Positions 9,540 through 19,785 of a DNA stretch of 64,000 nt are shown here, piece by piece. The position numbers and the translations under genes were made by a program. How positions within the stretch are numbered: position 1 is the first letter of the stretch; every line of letters begins with the position of its first letter. Source of the stretch: an uncultured bacterium (GTDB taxonomy: Bacteria > Patescibacteriota > JABMPQ01 > CAVVCK01). The stretch is taken from positions 19,050-83,049 of the forward strand of contig CAVVCK010000001.1 in assembly GCA_963746775.1 (NCBI GenBank), written 5' to 3'. The notes beneath the pieces are model-generated. The model was given only the letters and a program-made list of their open reading frames with translations. It was not told the DNA's origin and did no database searches.

Positions 9540-11690
9540 ATGTTAACTATAGATCAACTTATAAAAAAAATTGAAAAGAACTCTACAGATGTTGATCTAG
9601 AAGAGGTTAAAAAGGCTTACGAATTTGCAGCTAAATACCATAAAGATCAAAAAAGAAGAAGTGGTGTCCCCTTTGTTCAACATCCTCTAAGCGTAGCTTA
9701 TCAACTAGCTAGTTTTAAGTTTGATACAGCTACTTTTGTGGCTGCTCTCCTGCACGATGTTGTAGAAGATACTAAAGCAACCCCTAAATTAGTAAATAAA
9801 ATATTTGGGAGAGAAGTATTAAAATTAGTTTTAGGTGTTACAAAATTATCTAAAATTCAATTAGGCGAAAAAGCTGAGGAATATACTATTGAAAACTTAA
9901 GAAAAATGTTTTTGGCTATGGCTCAAGACATAAGAGTCGTAATTATTAAACTGGCAGATCGTTATCATAATCTAAAAACACTAAAATACTTAGATTCAGA
10001 GAAAAAAATACAAAAAGCTAGAGAAACAATGGAAATATATGCACCCCTAGCTAATAGACTGGGTATGGGAGAATTAAAAGGAGAACTTGAAGATCTTGCT
10101 TTTCTCCATTTATACCCCAAAGAATATAAGTGGGTTAGAGATTTAGTAGAAGAAGAAATCGAGAGAAGAAAAAAATATGTGGAAAAAATAAAAAAAGATT
10201 TGAAATTAAAGCTTAACGAAAATAATATAAAATATGTAGATATCCACGGTAGAGCGAAGCATTATTATAGTTTATATAAAAAATTAAAAAAACATGACAA
10301 TAATATTAATAAGATATATGACCTCACCGCTTTAAGAATTATCGTAGAAACTATTTCAGACTGCTATAAAACTCTGGGAATAATACACCAAAATTGGAGA
10401 CCCTTGCTTGGCAGAATTAAAGATTATATTTCTATACCCAAAAATAATGGTTATCAGTCACTACATACTACTGTTCTCTATCCTCCTGATATAACCATGG
10501 AAATTCAAATTAGAACTCCTCAAATGCATATTGAGGCAGAGTATGGAGTAGCTGCTGCTTGGCATTATTCTGAAAAAGATAAACCTAATGCAGGCGCTAT
10601 AGTACCTAAAAAACTTTCCTGGATTAATGAACTTATTAAGTGGCAAGATGAACTTAAAGATAATAAAAAGTTTGCGGAAGTCCTAAGAATTGATTTCTTT
10701 ATTGATAGAATATTTGTTTTTACACCAAAAGGAGAAGTATTTGATCTACCCGAAGAATCAACCCCTATTGATTTTGCTTATCAAATACATACAGACATAG
10801 GTAATCACTGCTATATGGCTAAAGTTAATAATAAAATCGCTCCCCTAGATTATAAACTTAGAAATGGTGATGTAATAGAAATACTAACTTCAGAAAAAAT
10901 AAAACCAAAAAGAGATTGGCTGAGTTTTGTACATACTAATCTAGCTAAAAACAGAATCAAAGATTGGCTAAAAAAACAAAATAAAGATAAAAATTTAAAA
11001 ATAGGAAAAATAATATTCAATCAGGAATTATCAAAAATAAAAAAGAAATCTTTAAAATTATCTATAGGATATAAAAATAGGCTAAATAAAACATTAACAG
11101 CTCTGAATTATAAAAATTTTGATGATCTATTGGTTGGTATTGCCCAGGGCGATATTACAGCTAACCAATTTATCAAAATTTTTTATTCTGAAAATGAAAT
11201 GTTACCGCCGGTTAAAAAATTTAAAAAATTTATTTTTTTTGAAAATAAAGAACATGAAAGAAAAGCAATCATAGAGAATGAAGAAGGCTTGCTGACTAAT
11301 ATAGCTAAGTGTTGTAATCCCAAATTAACAGACTCAATTGTAGCTCATATTACTAGAAATAAAGGAGCCAGTATTCATAAGGCCAATTGCAAAGAATTAA
11401 AGAAAAAAGAAAAAGGCAGAATAGTAAAAGCTAAATGGATTGAAAATAACCAAGATCAAAGAATAATAAAATTAAGATTAATCACTCTTGATCGAATTGG
11501 TTTAATTAGTGATATTTCCTCTCTAATTTCAAATTTACAAATAAGCATAGAAAACATCAAATCATTAAAATTAAACAATGACACTATTAATTTAATGATA
11601 AACATTGGTATAAATAATATAGAACAATTATCTTCAGTTATGGAAAGTCTAAACAAGGTTAAAGGAGTGCTAGAAGTAAAAAGAATGTAA
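9540..11690 (+). CDS. rel: Bifunctional (p)ppGpp synthetase/hydrolase (RelA/SpoT family)
   Basis: The HD hydrolase motif LLHDVVEDT is present. The protein has a RelA_SpoT synthetase domain and TGS and ACT-like C-terminal regions. Length 716 aa. Confidence 0.85.
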   Translation: MLTIDQLIKKIEKNSTDVDLEEVKKAYEFAAKYHKDQKRRSGVPFVQHPLSVAYQLASFKFDTATFVAALLHDVVEDTKATPKLVNKIFGREVLKLVLGVTKLSKIQLGEKAEEYTIENLRKMFLAMAQDIRVVIIKLADRYHNLKTLKYLDSEKKIQKARETMEIYAPLANRLGMGELKGELEDLAFLHLYPKEYKWVRDLVEEEIERRKKYVEKIKKDLKLKLNENNIKYVDIHGRAKHYYSLYKKLKKHDNNINKIYDLTALRIIVETISDCYKTLGIIHQNWRPLLGRIKDYISIPKNNGYQSLHTTVLYPPDITMEIQIRTPQMHIEAEYGVAAAWHYSEKDKPNAGAIVPKKLSWINELIKWQDELKDNKKFAEVLRIDFFIDRIFVFTPKGEVFDLPEESTPIDFAYQIHTDIGNHCYMAKVNNKIAPLDYKLRNGDVIEILTSEKIKPKRDWLSFVHTNLAKNRIKDWLKKQNKDKNLKIGKIIFNQELSKIKKKSLKLSIGYKNRLNKTLTALNYKNFDDLLVGIAQGDITANQFIKIFYSENEMLPPVKKFKKFIFFENKEHERKAIIENEEGLLTNIAKCCNPKLTDSIVAHITRNKGASIHKANCKELKKKEKGRIVKAKWIENNQDQRIIKLRLITLDRIGLISDISSLISNLQISIENIKSLKLNNDTINLMINIGINNIEQLSSVMESLNKVKGVLEVKRM

Positions 11691-11691
11691 A

Positions 11692-11718
11692 AATAACCTA
11701 CTAATAGGTTATTTTTAC
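11692..11718. terminator. Bidirectional hairpin terminator between the convergent genes rel and parB
   Basis: Stem aataacct/aggttatt with T-runs on both strands. Confidence 0.55.
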
Positions 11719-11735
11719 ATTCTTTTTACAAATCA

Positions 11736-12629
11736 TTATATTGAAAAATCGTCTTTTCCAATAATTTTGTCGATAAGATTATATAGTTCTTCATTAGAAT
11801 AAAATTCAATCGAAATCTGTCCTCCTTTTCCTCTTTTTTTTATTTCTACTTTAGTAGATAAATAATCTTTTAATTTTTCTTCTAAACCTAATATCTCTGC
11901 ATTCTTTACTTTTATTTTTCTAGAATGACTCTTTACACTTACTTTTTTAACTTGATTTTCTGTCTCTCTAACAGAAAATTTTTCATTCACTATTCTATTA
12001 AAAAGTTCTTTTTGTAATTTTTCCTCTTGTAATGCTAAAATTGCCTTAGCATGGCCCATGGTTATTTTTTCTTCAGATAAAGCTTCCTGTATTTCACTGG
12101 GTAATTTAAATAATCTTAAATGATTAGTTACCCAACTTCTATTTTTTCCTACTCTATCAGCTACCGTATCTTGTGTTAAATTAAATTCATTAATTAATTT
12201 TTGATATGAAAATGCTTCCTCGATGGGATTGAGATTTTTTCTTTGAATATTTTCCACTAGTGCTAATTCTAACTTTTGCTGTTTAGAAGCAGTTCTAATA
12301 ATTGCTGGAACACTCTTTAATCCTATTAATTTAGATGCCTTCAGCCTTCTCTCTCCGGCAAGCACCTGATATTGATCATCTTCTGTTTCTGTTTTTACTA
12401 ATATTAGTGGTTGCAAAATGCCATGTTCTCTAATTGATTTAGCTAGTCCTTCAATTGGTTCTTGTTCAAAATTTTGTCTAGGTTGATAAGGATTGGGAAT
12501 TATTTTCTCAACATCAACTTCAACTATATTATTTTTAACATCTTCTTTAATTGATTTTACCTGTATCTTTTTAGTGCCTATTGTTTTGGGAATTAGTGAT
12601 TCTAATCCACGACCTAATCTTTTATCCAT
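11736..12629 (-). CDS. parB: Chromosome partitioning protein ParB
   Basis: ParB box LAGERRLKAS. N-terminal ParB/Srx domain plus HTH. Confidence 0.85.
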   Translation of the reverse strand: MDKRLGRGLESLIPKTIGTKKIQVKSIKEDVKNNIVEVDVEKIIPNPYQPRQNFEQEPIEGLAKSIREHGILQPLILVKTETEDDQYQVLAGERRLKASKLIGLKSVPAIIRTASKQQKLELALVENIQRKNLNPIEEAFSYQKLINEFNLTQDTVADRVGKNRSWVTNHLRLFKLPSEIQEALSEEKITMGHAKAILALQEEKLQKELFNRIVNEKFSVRETENQVKKVSVKSHSRKIKVKNAEILGLEEKLKDYLSTKVEIKKRGKGGQISIEFYSNEELYNLIDKIIGKDDFSI

Positions 12630-12648
12630 ATATATTTAAATTAATTTA

Positions 12649-13410
12649 TTATTCAAAACTTACTATTTCCTTGGCTAAATCATTATAAGCCTTAGCCCCA
12701 GTAGAACTTGCAGCATAATCTATAATAGATTTACCAAATGAAGGAGCCTCAGCTAGACTTATATTTCTTGGGATAGATGTTTTAAATACTCTATAAGGAA
12801 AATTTTTTCTGACTTCATTTACTACTTCCTTAGCTAATCTGAGCCTAGCATGGTGCATAGTTAAAACAACTCCTAAAACATGTAAGTCTGGTTGCAAATT
12901 TTTCCAAATCATATTAACTGTATTCAAAAGCTGACCCAACCCTTCTAATGAATAATATTCACATTGCACTGGCACTAAAATATCTCTTGAAGCTACTATA
13001 CCATTTATAGTAATAATTCCAAGGCTTGGCGGGCAATCGATAAATATATAATCATATTTATCTTTAATTAAATTTATCTTTTTCTCTAACAAAAATTCCC
13101 TGCTCTCAGTATTCACAAATTCTATATTAGCTCCAGCTAATGATTCAGTGGCTGGCATAATATCTAAATTATCTATATATGTATGCTTTATAACTTCTGC
13201 TGGTGTTTTTTGATCACATAAAACTTCATAAATTCCATAATCATTTTCACCTAATTTAACACCTATACCGCTAGTAGCATTCCCCTGAGGATCAAAATCT
13301 ACAATTAAAACTTTCTTACCTAGACGCGCCAAAGAAGCAGATAAGTTAACTGTTGTTGTTGTTTTTCCTGTTCCTCCTTTTTGATTTACTACTGATACTA
13401 TTCTATTCAT
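12649..13410 (-). CDS. parA: Chromosome partitioning ATPase ParA/Soj
   Basis: Deviant Walker A NQKGGTGKTTTTVNL. The stop is 17 nt upstream of the parB start, so parAB form an operon. Confidence 0.9.
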   Translation of the reverse strand: MNRIVSVVNQKGGTGKTTTTVNLSASLARLGKKVLIVDFDPQGNATSGIGVKLGENDYGIYEVLCDQKTPAEVIKHTYIDNLDIMPATESLAGANIEFVNTESREFLLEKKINLIKDKYDYIFIDCPPSLGIITINGIVASRDILVPVQCEYYSLEGLGQLLNTVNMIWKNLQPDLHVLGVVLTMHHARLRLAKEVVNEVRKNFPYRVFKTSIPRNISLAEAPSFGKSIIDYAASSTGAKAYNDLAKEIVSFE

Positions 13411-13461
13411 TATTAAAAATTATACTTATTACTACTTACTATTATAAATTATTTTCTTAAA

Positions 13462-13490
13462 TTGACAAGATAGCTTTTTAAAACTATAAT
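13462..13490 (+). promoter_or_regulatory. Consensus sigma70-type promoter upstream of tRNA-Leu
   Basis: TTGACA (13462-13467), a 17-bp spacer, then TATAAT (13485-13490). About 65 nt upstream of the tRNA 5' end. Confidence 0.5.
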
Positions 13491-13555
13491 TTTTATACTC
13501 ATATCGGTTCTAGACGATTAAAAGTATAAATTATTAATTATTTTATTATTAATTA

Positions 13556-13639
13556 GCCGCGGTGGCGGAATTGGCAGACGCGCTGGATTCAAAATCCAGT
13601 GGAGGCAACTTCATGAGGGTTCAACTCCCTCCCGCGGCA
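13556..13639 (+). tRNA. tRNA-Leu (anticodon CAA), long variable arm, CCA not encoded
   Basis: Hand-folded cloverleaf. Acceptor GCCGCGG/CCGCGGC. Anticodon stem CTGGA/TCCAG with loop TTCAAAA, giving anticodon CAA. Long variable arm. T-arm GGTTCAACTCC. Confidence 0.85.
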
Positions 13640-13646
13640 TATTAAA

Positions 13647-13676
13647 ACACAGGAATTTAACTTCCTGTGTTTTTTA
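13647..13676. terminator. Rho-independent terminator after tRNA-Leu; also lies downstream of glyA on the opposite strand
   Basis: 9-bp stem acacaggaa/ttcctgtgt, 6-nt loop, then TTTTT. Confidence 0.7.
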
Positions 13677-13694
13677 TTGTTTTCTGTAAAAAAA

Positions 13695-14942
13695 CTAATC
13701 AACTCCCGGCATACTATATTGCAAACAAAATTTTTCTACTTCTTTCTTAATTTCTTTTATTTTTTTATCATTATTAATATTTTCAACCACTTCATTCGTC
13801 CAATAAGCCATTTTTTTCATTTCTTCTTCTCGCATACCACGAGATGTCATTGCAGGTGTACCCAATCTAATCCCTGAGGGATCAAAAGGAGATCTTTTAT
13901 CAAATGGAACAGTATTAAAATTACATATTATATTTGCCTGAGCTAATGCTTTAGCAGTTTCTTTGCCTGAAATTTTCTTGCTACTCATATCTATAAGCAA
14001 AAGATGATTATCCGTGCCTCCAGTAACCAAATCAAAGCCATAATTTCCTAGTTCTTCTGCTAAAACTTTAGCATTTTTCACAATCTGCTTCGCATACTCC
14101 TTAAAATTAACTTCCCTAGCCTCTTTCAGGGCAACAGCTATAGCAGCCGTTGTATGATTATGGGGACCTCCTTGAAGCCCTGGAAAAACCGCTTTGTCTA
14201 TTTGATCAGCAATTTCTTTTTTGCATAAAATCATAGCTCCTCTTGGACCACGCAATGATTTATGGGTAGTAGTAGTCACTACATCTGCATAAGGAATTGG
14301 GCTAGGATGCTCTCCAGTAGCAACTAAACCAGCTATATGAGCTATATCAGCCATTAAATATGCACCAACACTATCAGCTATCTCTCTAAACTTTTTGAAA
14401 TCAATTAATCGCGGATAAGCCGTAGCTCCGCAAACAATTATTTTAGGCTTTTCTTCTTTAGCAAGCTTAGCAATCTCTACATAATCTAATAACTTCGTCT
14501 TTTCATTAACTTTATATTGAACTGATTCAAAAAACTTTGAAGTAAATGACACTTTAAATCCATGAGTTAAATGACCACCATGGAATAAATTCATACCCAT
14601 TATTTTCTCTCCAGGCTTAATTAAAGCACAATAGGCTGCTAAGTTAGCCGGACTACCAGAATAAGGCTGCACATTAGCATGATCAGCTCCAAAGAGCTCA
14701 CTAGCCCTATCACATGCTATCTCCTCTATCTGATCAATATACTCTTGTCCTTCATAATAACGCTTCCTGGCATACCCTTCAGAATATTTATTAGTTAAAA
14801 TTGAACCAGTAGCTTCTAGAACTGCTTTGGATACATAATTCTCAGATGGTATTAGTCTAATACTTTTTCTTTGTCTCTCGAGTTCACCCTGAATTAAATT
14901 AAATATTTTTTTGTCTTCTTTTTCTAAAGATGTTATTTTCAT
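13695..14942 (-). CDS. glyA: Serine hydroxymethyltransferase
   Basis: LIPSENYVS..., the PLP-lysine region TTTTHKSLRGPRG, and 415 aa are all typical of SHMT. Confidence 0.9.
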   Translation of the reverse strand: MKITSLEKEDKKIFNLIQGELERQRKSIRLIPSENYVSKAVLEATGSILTNKYSEGYARKRYYEGQEYIDQIEEIACDRASELFGADHANVQPYSGSPANLAAYCALIKPGEKIMGMNLFHGGHLTHGFKVSFTSKFFESVQYKVNEKTKLLDYVEIAKLAKEEKPKIIVCGATAYPRLIDFKKFREIADSVGAYLMADIAHIAGLVATGEHPSPIPYADVVTTTTHKSLRGPRGAMILCKKEIADQIDKAVFPGLQGGPHNHTTAAIAVALKEAREVNFKEYAKQIVKNAKVLAEELGNYGFDLVTGGTDNHLLLIDMSSKKISGKETAKALAQANIICNFNTVPFDKRSPFDPSGIRLGTPAMTSRGMREEEMKKMAYWTNEVVENINNDKKIKEIKKEVEKFCLQYSMPGVD

Positions 14943-14979
14943 GTAATTAAAAAATTAAAATTTATAATAGAGTTCTTAT

Positions 14980-15618
14980 TTAATTTTTTAAATAATTTAC
15001 AACATCTTTATATTTTATTGGACCAGATCTAATTAATTTTATTTTTTTATCACTTAAATCAATGATGGTTGATGATCTATTTTTAGACAAAATTCCAATA
15101 TCAACAACCAAATCTGGCTTATTTTTCTTCTTTTTGTATTGTCTAAAAATCGCTTCAGCTGAATATGAATCTTTTTCTCCTGATATATTAGCACTTGTAG
15201 CTGAAATTGGAAAATCTATTTTTTCCATCACTTTTTCTATAATCTTACTTTTCGGCATTCTTAGCCCAACCGAATTTCCTCCAGCTAATAAAATAGTAGG
15301 TAATTTCTCCTTCTTTTGCGCAATTATTGTCAATCTCCCTGGTAAAAATTTATTGAACAATTTTTTTGTTCTTTTATCTATTACACTGTACTTCTTAGCC
15401 TGAGCAATATTTTTTACAATAATAGATAATGGTTTTTTCTTATCTCTGTCTTTTATTCTATAAATCTTATTTATAGCCTTTGAATCTAGAGCATTTACAG
15501 CCATTCCATAAGAAGTGTCTGTAGGCAAAACAACTACTTTCCCCCTTTTTAAGTAATCCACAATATAATTAATCTTTTTTTTATCAATTCTTTCAGGATC
15601 TATTTTAATTACTTCCAT
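14980..15618 (-). CDS. tsaC: L-threonylcarbamoyladenylate synthase (TsaC/YrdC/Sua5 family)
   Basis: YrdC-fold signatures: LPTDTSYG, KxR, and SATSANISG. Confidence 0.75.
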   Translation of the reverse strand: MEVIKIDPERIDKKKINYIVDYLKRGKVVVLPTDTSYGMAVNALDSKAINKIYRIKDRDKKKPLSIIVKNIAQAKKYSVIDKRTKKLFNKFLPGRLTIIAQKKEKLPTILLAGGNSVGLRMPKSKIIEKVMEKIDFPISATSANISGEKDSYSAEAIFRQYKKKKNKPDLVVDIGILSKNRSSTIIDLSDKKIKLIRSGPIKYKDVVNYLKN

Positions 15619-16333
15619 AATTATATTCTTTCTCTATAAAATTTTCTAAATTTTCTATATCTTCTGGTTTTCCAAAATCTTTCCAATAATCTTCTAAATT
15701 CTTTACTTTAACCTTCTTTTCTTTAGCTAATATATTTACTGCATCTGTTATTTCATACTCTCCTCGCTCAGACTTACCTACTTTGTTTATTGCTTCAAAT
15801 ATGTCCGCAGTAAATTTAAAAAGATTTATATTAACTAGATTACCATAAAATTCTTTCGGTTTTTCAATAATTTTAGTTACAAAGTCTCCTTCTATATTTA
15901 AAACACCATATAACTCAGGATTTTTACTTTCAAAGCCTGCTACATAACAAAAATCATCCTCTATTCTAAAAGCTTCTAAATCTTTTGAAGAATATAAATT
16001 ATCACCATTTACAGAAACAAAATCTTCATTTCCAATCAAATCTTTTGCGCTTAAAATAGGACAAACTGTACCGTATCTTTCTTCTCCTAATTTTTCAAAC
16101 TGATTAACTGTTTGAATACTACTATCATAATCTTTTAAAAATTCCTCGACCTTTTCGCTTTTATAACCAGTTACAACAATAATCTCAGAAAAACCTGCCA
16201 ATTTTATATTTTCTAATAAATAATACAAAAAGGGTTTTCCTCTAACCTCAAGTAGTGGTTTGGGAATATCTTTAGTTAAATCCCCCATTCTAGTTCCCCT
16301 ACCTGCTGTTGATATAACAATTTTATTAATCAT
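15605..16333 (-). CDS. Sugar-1-phosphate nucleotidyltransferase (NTP_transferase fold)
   Basis: N-terminal G-x-G-T-R motif STAGRGTRMGDLTKDIPKPLL. Its 3' end overlaps the tsaC start. Confidence 0.7.
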   Translation of the reverse strand: MINKIVISTAGRGTRMGDLTKDIPKPLLEVRGKPFLYYLLENIKLAGFSEIIVVTGYKSEKVEEFLKDYDSSIQTVNQFEKLGEERYGTVCPILSAKDLIGNEDFVSVNGDNLYSSKDLEAFRIEDDFCYVAGFESKNPELYGVLNIEGDFVTKIIEKPKEFYGNLVNINLFKFTADIFEAINKVGKSERGEYEITDAVNILAKEKKVKVKNLEDYWKDFGKPEDIENLENFIEKEYNYGSN

Positions 16334-16335
16334 AG

Positions 16336-19300
16336 CTATATATTTAGACCTTCAGCTAATATATTTAATAATCTGTCTTTTACTAAAATTAGTTTATAAA
16401 CTTTTTTACCCTCTAAATACTTTTCAATTTTGCCTTTTTTTTGGGCCATTTGATAAATTTCTGAATCAGTTAATCCACGTTTTGCTATTATTTTATCTCT
16501 AAATTTGCCATTAATTTGAATAATTATAGTAACCTTATCTTCTTTTATCAATTTATCATTATATTCAGGCCATTTTTCTTTAAAAATGCTTTCTTTATTT
16601 TTATCCGCTGAAGTTTTAACGGAAGCGGAGCCCAATTTTTCCCATAATTCTTCTGTAATATGAGGTGCAAAAGGCGACAAAATTAATAAAAACTTCTCTA
16701 AAGTATATTTTGTAATTTCCTTATTTTCCAATAATTTATTTAATAAAACCATCATGGAAGAAATGGCTGTATTAAAATTAAAACTTTCAATATCTTCAGT
16801 TACTTTTTTAATTGTTTTATGAAGTAACTTTTTAATTTCTAAATTTTCATCTTTTGAACTAGGGGTTTGATTTTCTTCATATAAATTCCAAACCCTATCT
16901 AAAAATCTCCTAATTCCTTTAATGCTCTGCGTATCCCAAGGCTTAACCTCTTCAAAAGACCCCATAAACATTTCATACATTCTTAAAGTATCCGCTCCAT
17001 ATTCTACCACCACTTCATCAGGATTAATTACATTGCCTCTAGACTTGCTCATTTTTTGATGATCTTCTCCTAAAATCATCCCTTGATTTTTTAATTTCTG
17101 GAAAGGTTCATCATGATCTACTTTAGAATTTATTTTTATAAATCCTAAATCTTTTAAGGCTTTATAGAAAAATCTAGCGTAAATCAAATGCAAACAAGCA
17201 TGTTCTGCTCCCCCAACATATAAATCAACTGGCATCCACTGCTTTAATTTTTTATTGTCAGCAAATTTTTCTTTATTTTTAGGATCGCAATATCTTAAAT
17301 AATACCAAGAAGAACAAACAAAAGTATCCATAGTATCTACTTCTCTTTTTACACCCTCAGAAGCTCCACATTTTGGACATTTAACCTTATGAAAGCTTTT
17401 AGAATCTTTCAAGGGAGATTCGCCAGTAGGCTTAAAATCAACATCTTCCGGTAATTTTACCGGCAATTGTTCCTCCGGAACCGGAACCTCGCCACATTTA
17501 TCACAATAGATTATAGGAATAGGCGCTCCCCAATAGCGCTGTCTAGATATTAACCAATCTCTTAACTTGTAATTAGTAGTAATTTTTCCTCCTACTTTTT
17601 CCGTAATTTTCTTCTTCGCCTCCATAGAATCCATACTATTAAACTCATCTGAATTAGTTAAATTTCCAGTACCTGCATAAACCTTCTCTCCATTTAACAA
17701 AATATTCATATACCATTCATGACTATTCAAATTAATATATTTTTCTAATTTATCTTTTTCTATCCATTCTTCTTTATGGTGTCTAACATGCTCTTCTTCT
17801 GGCTCTACATACTCCCCATCTGCTAATTCTACATAATACCCCTCTAGAATTGTGTCCCTATTTACCCCCTTATGCATAGCATAAAATTTAGTAGCAATCT
17901 TACCTCCTAATTTTTTTATAGACTTTATATTTTGATAACCAGATTCTTCCTTCATTTCCCTTATAGCTGCTTCTTCATAACTTTCTCCATTCTTCACCCC
18001 ACCAATAACAAAAGATTTCCAGCCATATTTGACCCAATCAAGACAATAATATTTATCTTCTTGCCAATGTTTAATTATAACAATTACATTATTTCTTTTT
18101 ACAGTCTCTTTGTCCTCTCTTGGTAGATCTTTTTCAAAATTTGTTTTAAGAAATGGAATTATAACTTGTTTAATTGGTATGTTATATTTTTTAGCAAATT
18201 CAAAATCCCTTTCATCGTGAGCTGGTACCGCCATTATTGCTCCTGTTCCATAGGAAGATAGAACATAATCAGCTATATAGATTGGTATTTCTTCTTCATT
18301 TGCTGGATTAATAGCCTTAACGCCTTTAATTTGAACACCCGTCTTTTCTTTTTGCAACTCTGTTCGTTCTAAATCAGACTTACCTTTTGCTTGCTCCTTA
18401 TATTTATAGATTTCTTCTAAATTCTCAATTCTAGATTCTAAATTCTTAATTAATTCATATTCAGGAGCTAAAACCATATAGGTAGCACCATATAGCGTAT
18501 CTGCTCTGGTAGTAAATATTTTTATATTTGGAATAATATTTTTTAAAATAATGGGTTCTTTTTCACCATTAAAATGACTACCTTGAGTCTCTGATTCAAT
18601 AAGTTCAGCATTTAATTCCCTGGATAAAGTTTTCCCTTCTTCCCTGGGCACTGCATGATCATTAAGAGAGCTTAATATTTTAATAAAGCCAGCTTTTTTC
18701 TTTATATCTTCATAATCATAATCCCAATTGAATTTATCTTTAAATGGTCTATCTATATCTTTAAATTTAGCCTTTGTAAAACCTCCTGCCAAAACCAACC
18801 TAGTAATATTATGAGGTAATTTTTCTACTACTTTCATAGCCACTACTGCCCCTAAACTATGACCAAATAAAATAGTACTTTCACTAAATTTAATATTTTT
18901 TAAGACATAATTGACTTGTTCTTCTTCTGTGGGATTATCAGAATTAGGCATATCGGGTACATCAACTTTGTAACCTCTATTTTCTAGTTCCTTTTTTAAC
19001 CAAGGGAAAAAATTGCTTTTAGAATTACTACCAAAACCATGTAACAAAACAAAATGAAAATCAGATTTTACTTCGAAATCTATTTCAGAACCTTCTGATC
19101 TTCCTATCCACTCCCTCTGCATTAATTTAATAGGCTCCGGCCAATCCATATTGTCTAAATCATCAAGCAATCTTTGTGCATATTTTGTAGTTTTAAAAAA
19201 CCATTGCTTTAAATCTTTTTGAATAACTTCATTCTTACAACGTTCACATTTTCCATTTATTACTTGTTCATTAGCAAGTACAGTCTTGCAAGATTCACAC

Positions 19301-19773
19301 CAATTAACTGCTGCCTTCTTTTTGTAGGCCAAACCATTTTTATATAATTGCAAAAATATCCATTGCGTCCATTTATAATATTCTGGATCAGAAGTAGCTA
19401 TTTCTCTGTCCCAATCATAACTAAAACCAAGAGACTTTATCTGTCTTCTGAATGTTTTAATACTATCTCCTGTTGTTTTTTTAGGATGTACTCCTGTTTT
19501 TATAGCATAATTTTCAGCTGGCAATCCAAAAGCGTCCCAACCCATTGGATGCATTACTTCTCTGCCCTTCATCCTCATATATCGAGAAAAAATATCTGTA
19601 GCTGTATAGCCTTCTGGATGACCAACGTGAAGTCCAGCAGCTGAAGGATAAGGAAACATATCTAGACAATAAAATTTCTCTTTTTTAGAATTATCATCAG
19701 CTTTATATAATTCTTCTTCCTCCCATTTCTTTTGCCATTTTTTCTCTATTTTCTTTGGATTATACTTTCCCAT
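16336..19773 (-). CDS. leuS: Leucyl-tRNA synthetase with two inserted accessory domains (alpha/beta serine hydrolase and Nudix)
   Basis: HVGH (HIGH) and KMSKS motifs. Editing-domain motifs TTRADTLYGATYMVLAPE and GTGAIMAVPAHDERD. Extra domain at about aa 235-412 carries GHSLG (a GxSxG motif; RBBP9/YdeN-like serine hydrolase). Extra domain at about aa 540-697 carries the Nudix box GGVKNGESYEEAAIREMKEESG. Total 1145 aa, versus about 800-870 for a typical LeuRS. Confidence 0.9.
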   Translation of the reverse strand: MGKYNPKKIEKKWQKKWEEEELYKADDNSKKEKFYCLDMFPYPSAAGLHVGHPEGYTATDIFSRYMRMKGREVMHPMGWDAFGLPAENYAIKTGVHPKKTTGDSIKTFRRQIKSLGFSYDWDREIATSDPEYYKWTQWIFLQLYKNGLAYKKKAAVNWCESCKTVLANEQVINGKCERCKNEVIQKDLKQWFFKTTKYAQRLLDDLDNMDWPEPIKLMQREWIGRSEGSEIDFEVKSDFHFVLLHGFGSNSKSNFFPWLKKELENRGYKVDVPDMPNSDNPTEEEQVNYVLKNIKFSESTILFGHSLGAVVAMKVVEKLPHNITRLVLAGGFTKAKFKDIDRPFKDKFNWDYDYEDIKKKAGFIKILSSLNDHAVPREEGKTLSRELNAELIESETQGSHFNGEKEPIILKNIIPNIKIFTTRADTLYGATYMVLAPEYELIKNLESRIENLEEIYKYKEQAKGKSDLERTELQKEKTGVQIKGVKAINPANEEEIPIYIADYVLSSYGTGAIMAVPAHDERDFEFAKKYNIPIKQVIIPFLKTNFEKDLPREDKETVKRNNVIVIIKHWQEDKYYCLDWVKYGWKSFVIGGVKNGESYEEAAIREMKEESGYQNIKSIKKLGGKIATKFYAMHKGVNRDTILEGYYVELADGEYVEPEEEHVRHHKEEWIEKDKLEKYINLNSHEWYMNILLNGEKVYAGTGNLTNSDEFNSMDSMEAKKKITEKVGGKITTNYKLRDWLISRQRYWGAPIPIIYCDKCGEVPVPEEQLPVKLPEDVDFKPTGESPLKDSKSFHKVKCPKCGASEGVKREVDTMDTFVCSSWYYLRYCDPKNKEKFADNKKLKQWMPVDLYVGGAEHACLHLIYARFFYKALKDLGFIKINSKVDHDEPFQKLKNQGMILGEDHQKMSKSRGNVINPDEVVVEYGADTLRMYEMFMGSFEEVKPWDTQSIKGIRRFLDRVWNLYEENQTPSSKDENLEIKKLLHKTIKKVTEDIESFNFNTAISSMMVLLNKLLENKEITKYTLEKFLLILSPFAPHITEELWEKLGSASVKTSADKNKESIFKEKWPEYNDKLIKEDKVTIIIQINGKFRDKIIAKRGLTDSEIYQMAQKKGKIEKYLEGKKVYKLILVKDRLLNILAEGLNI

Positions 19774-19785
19774 AATTAAAATTTA

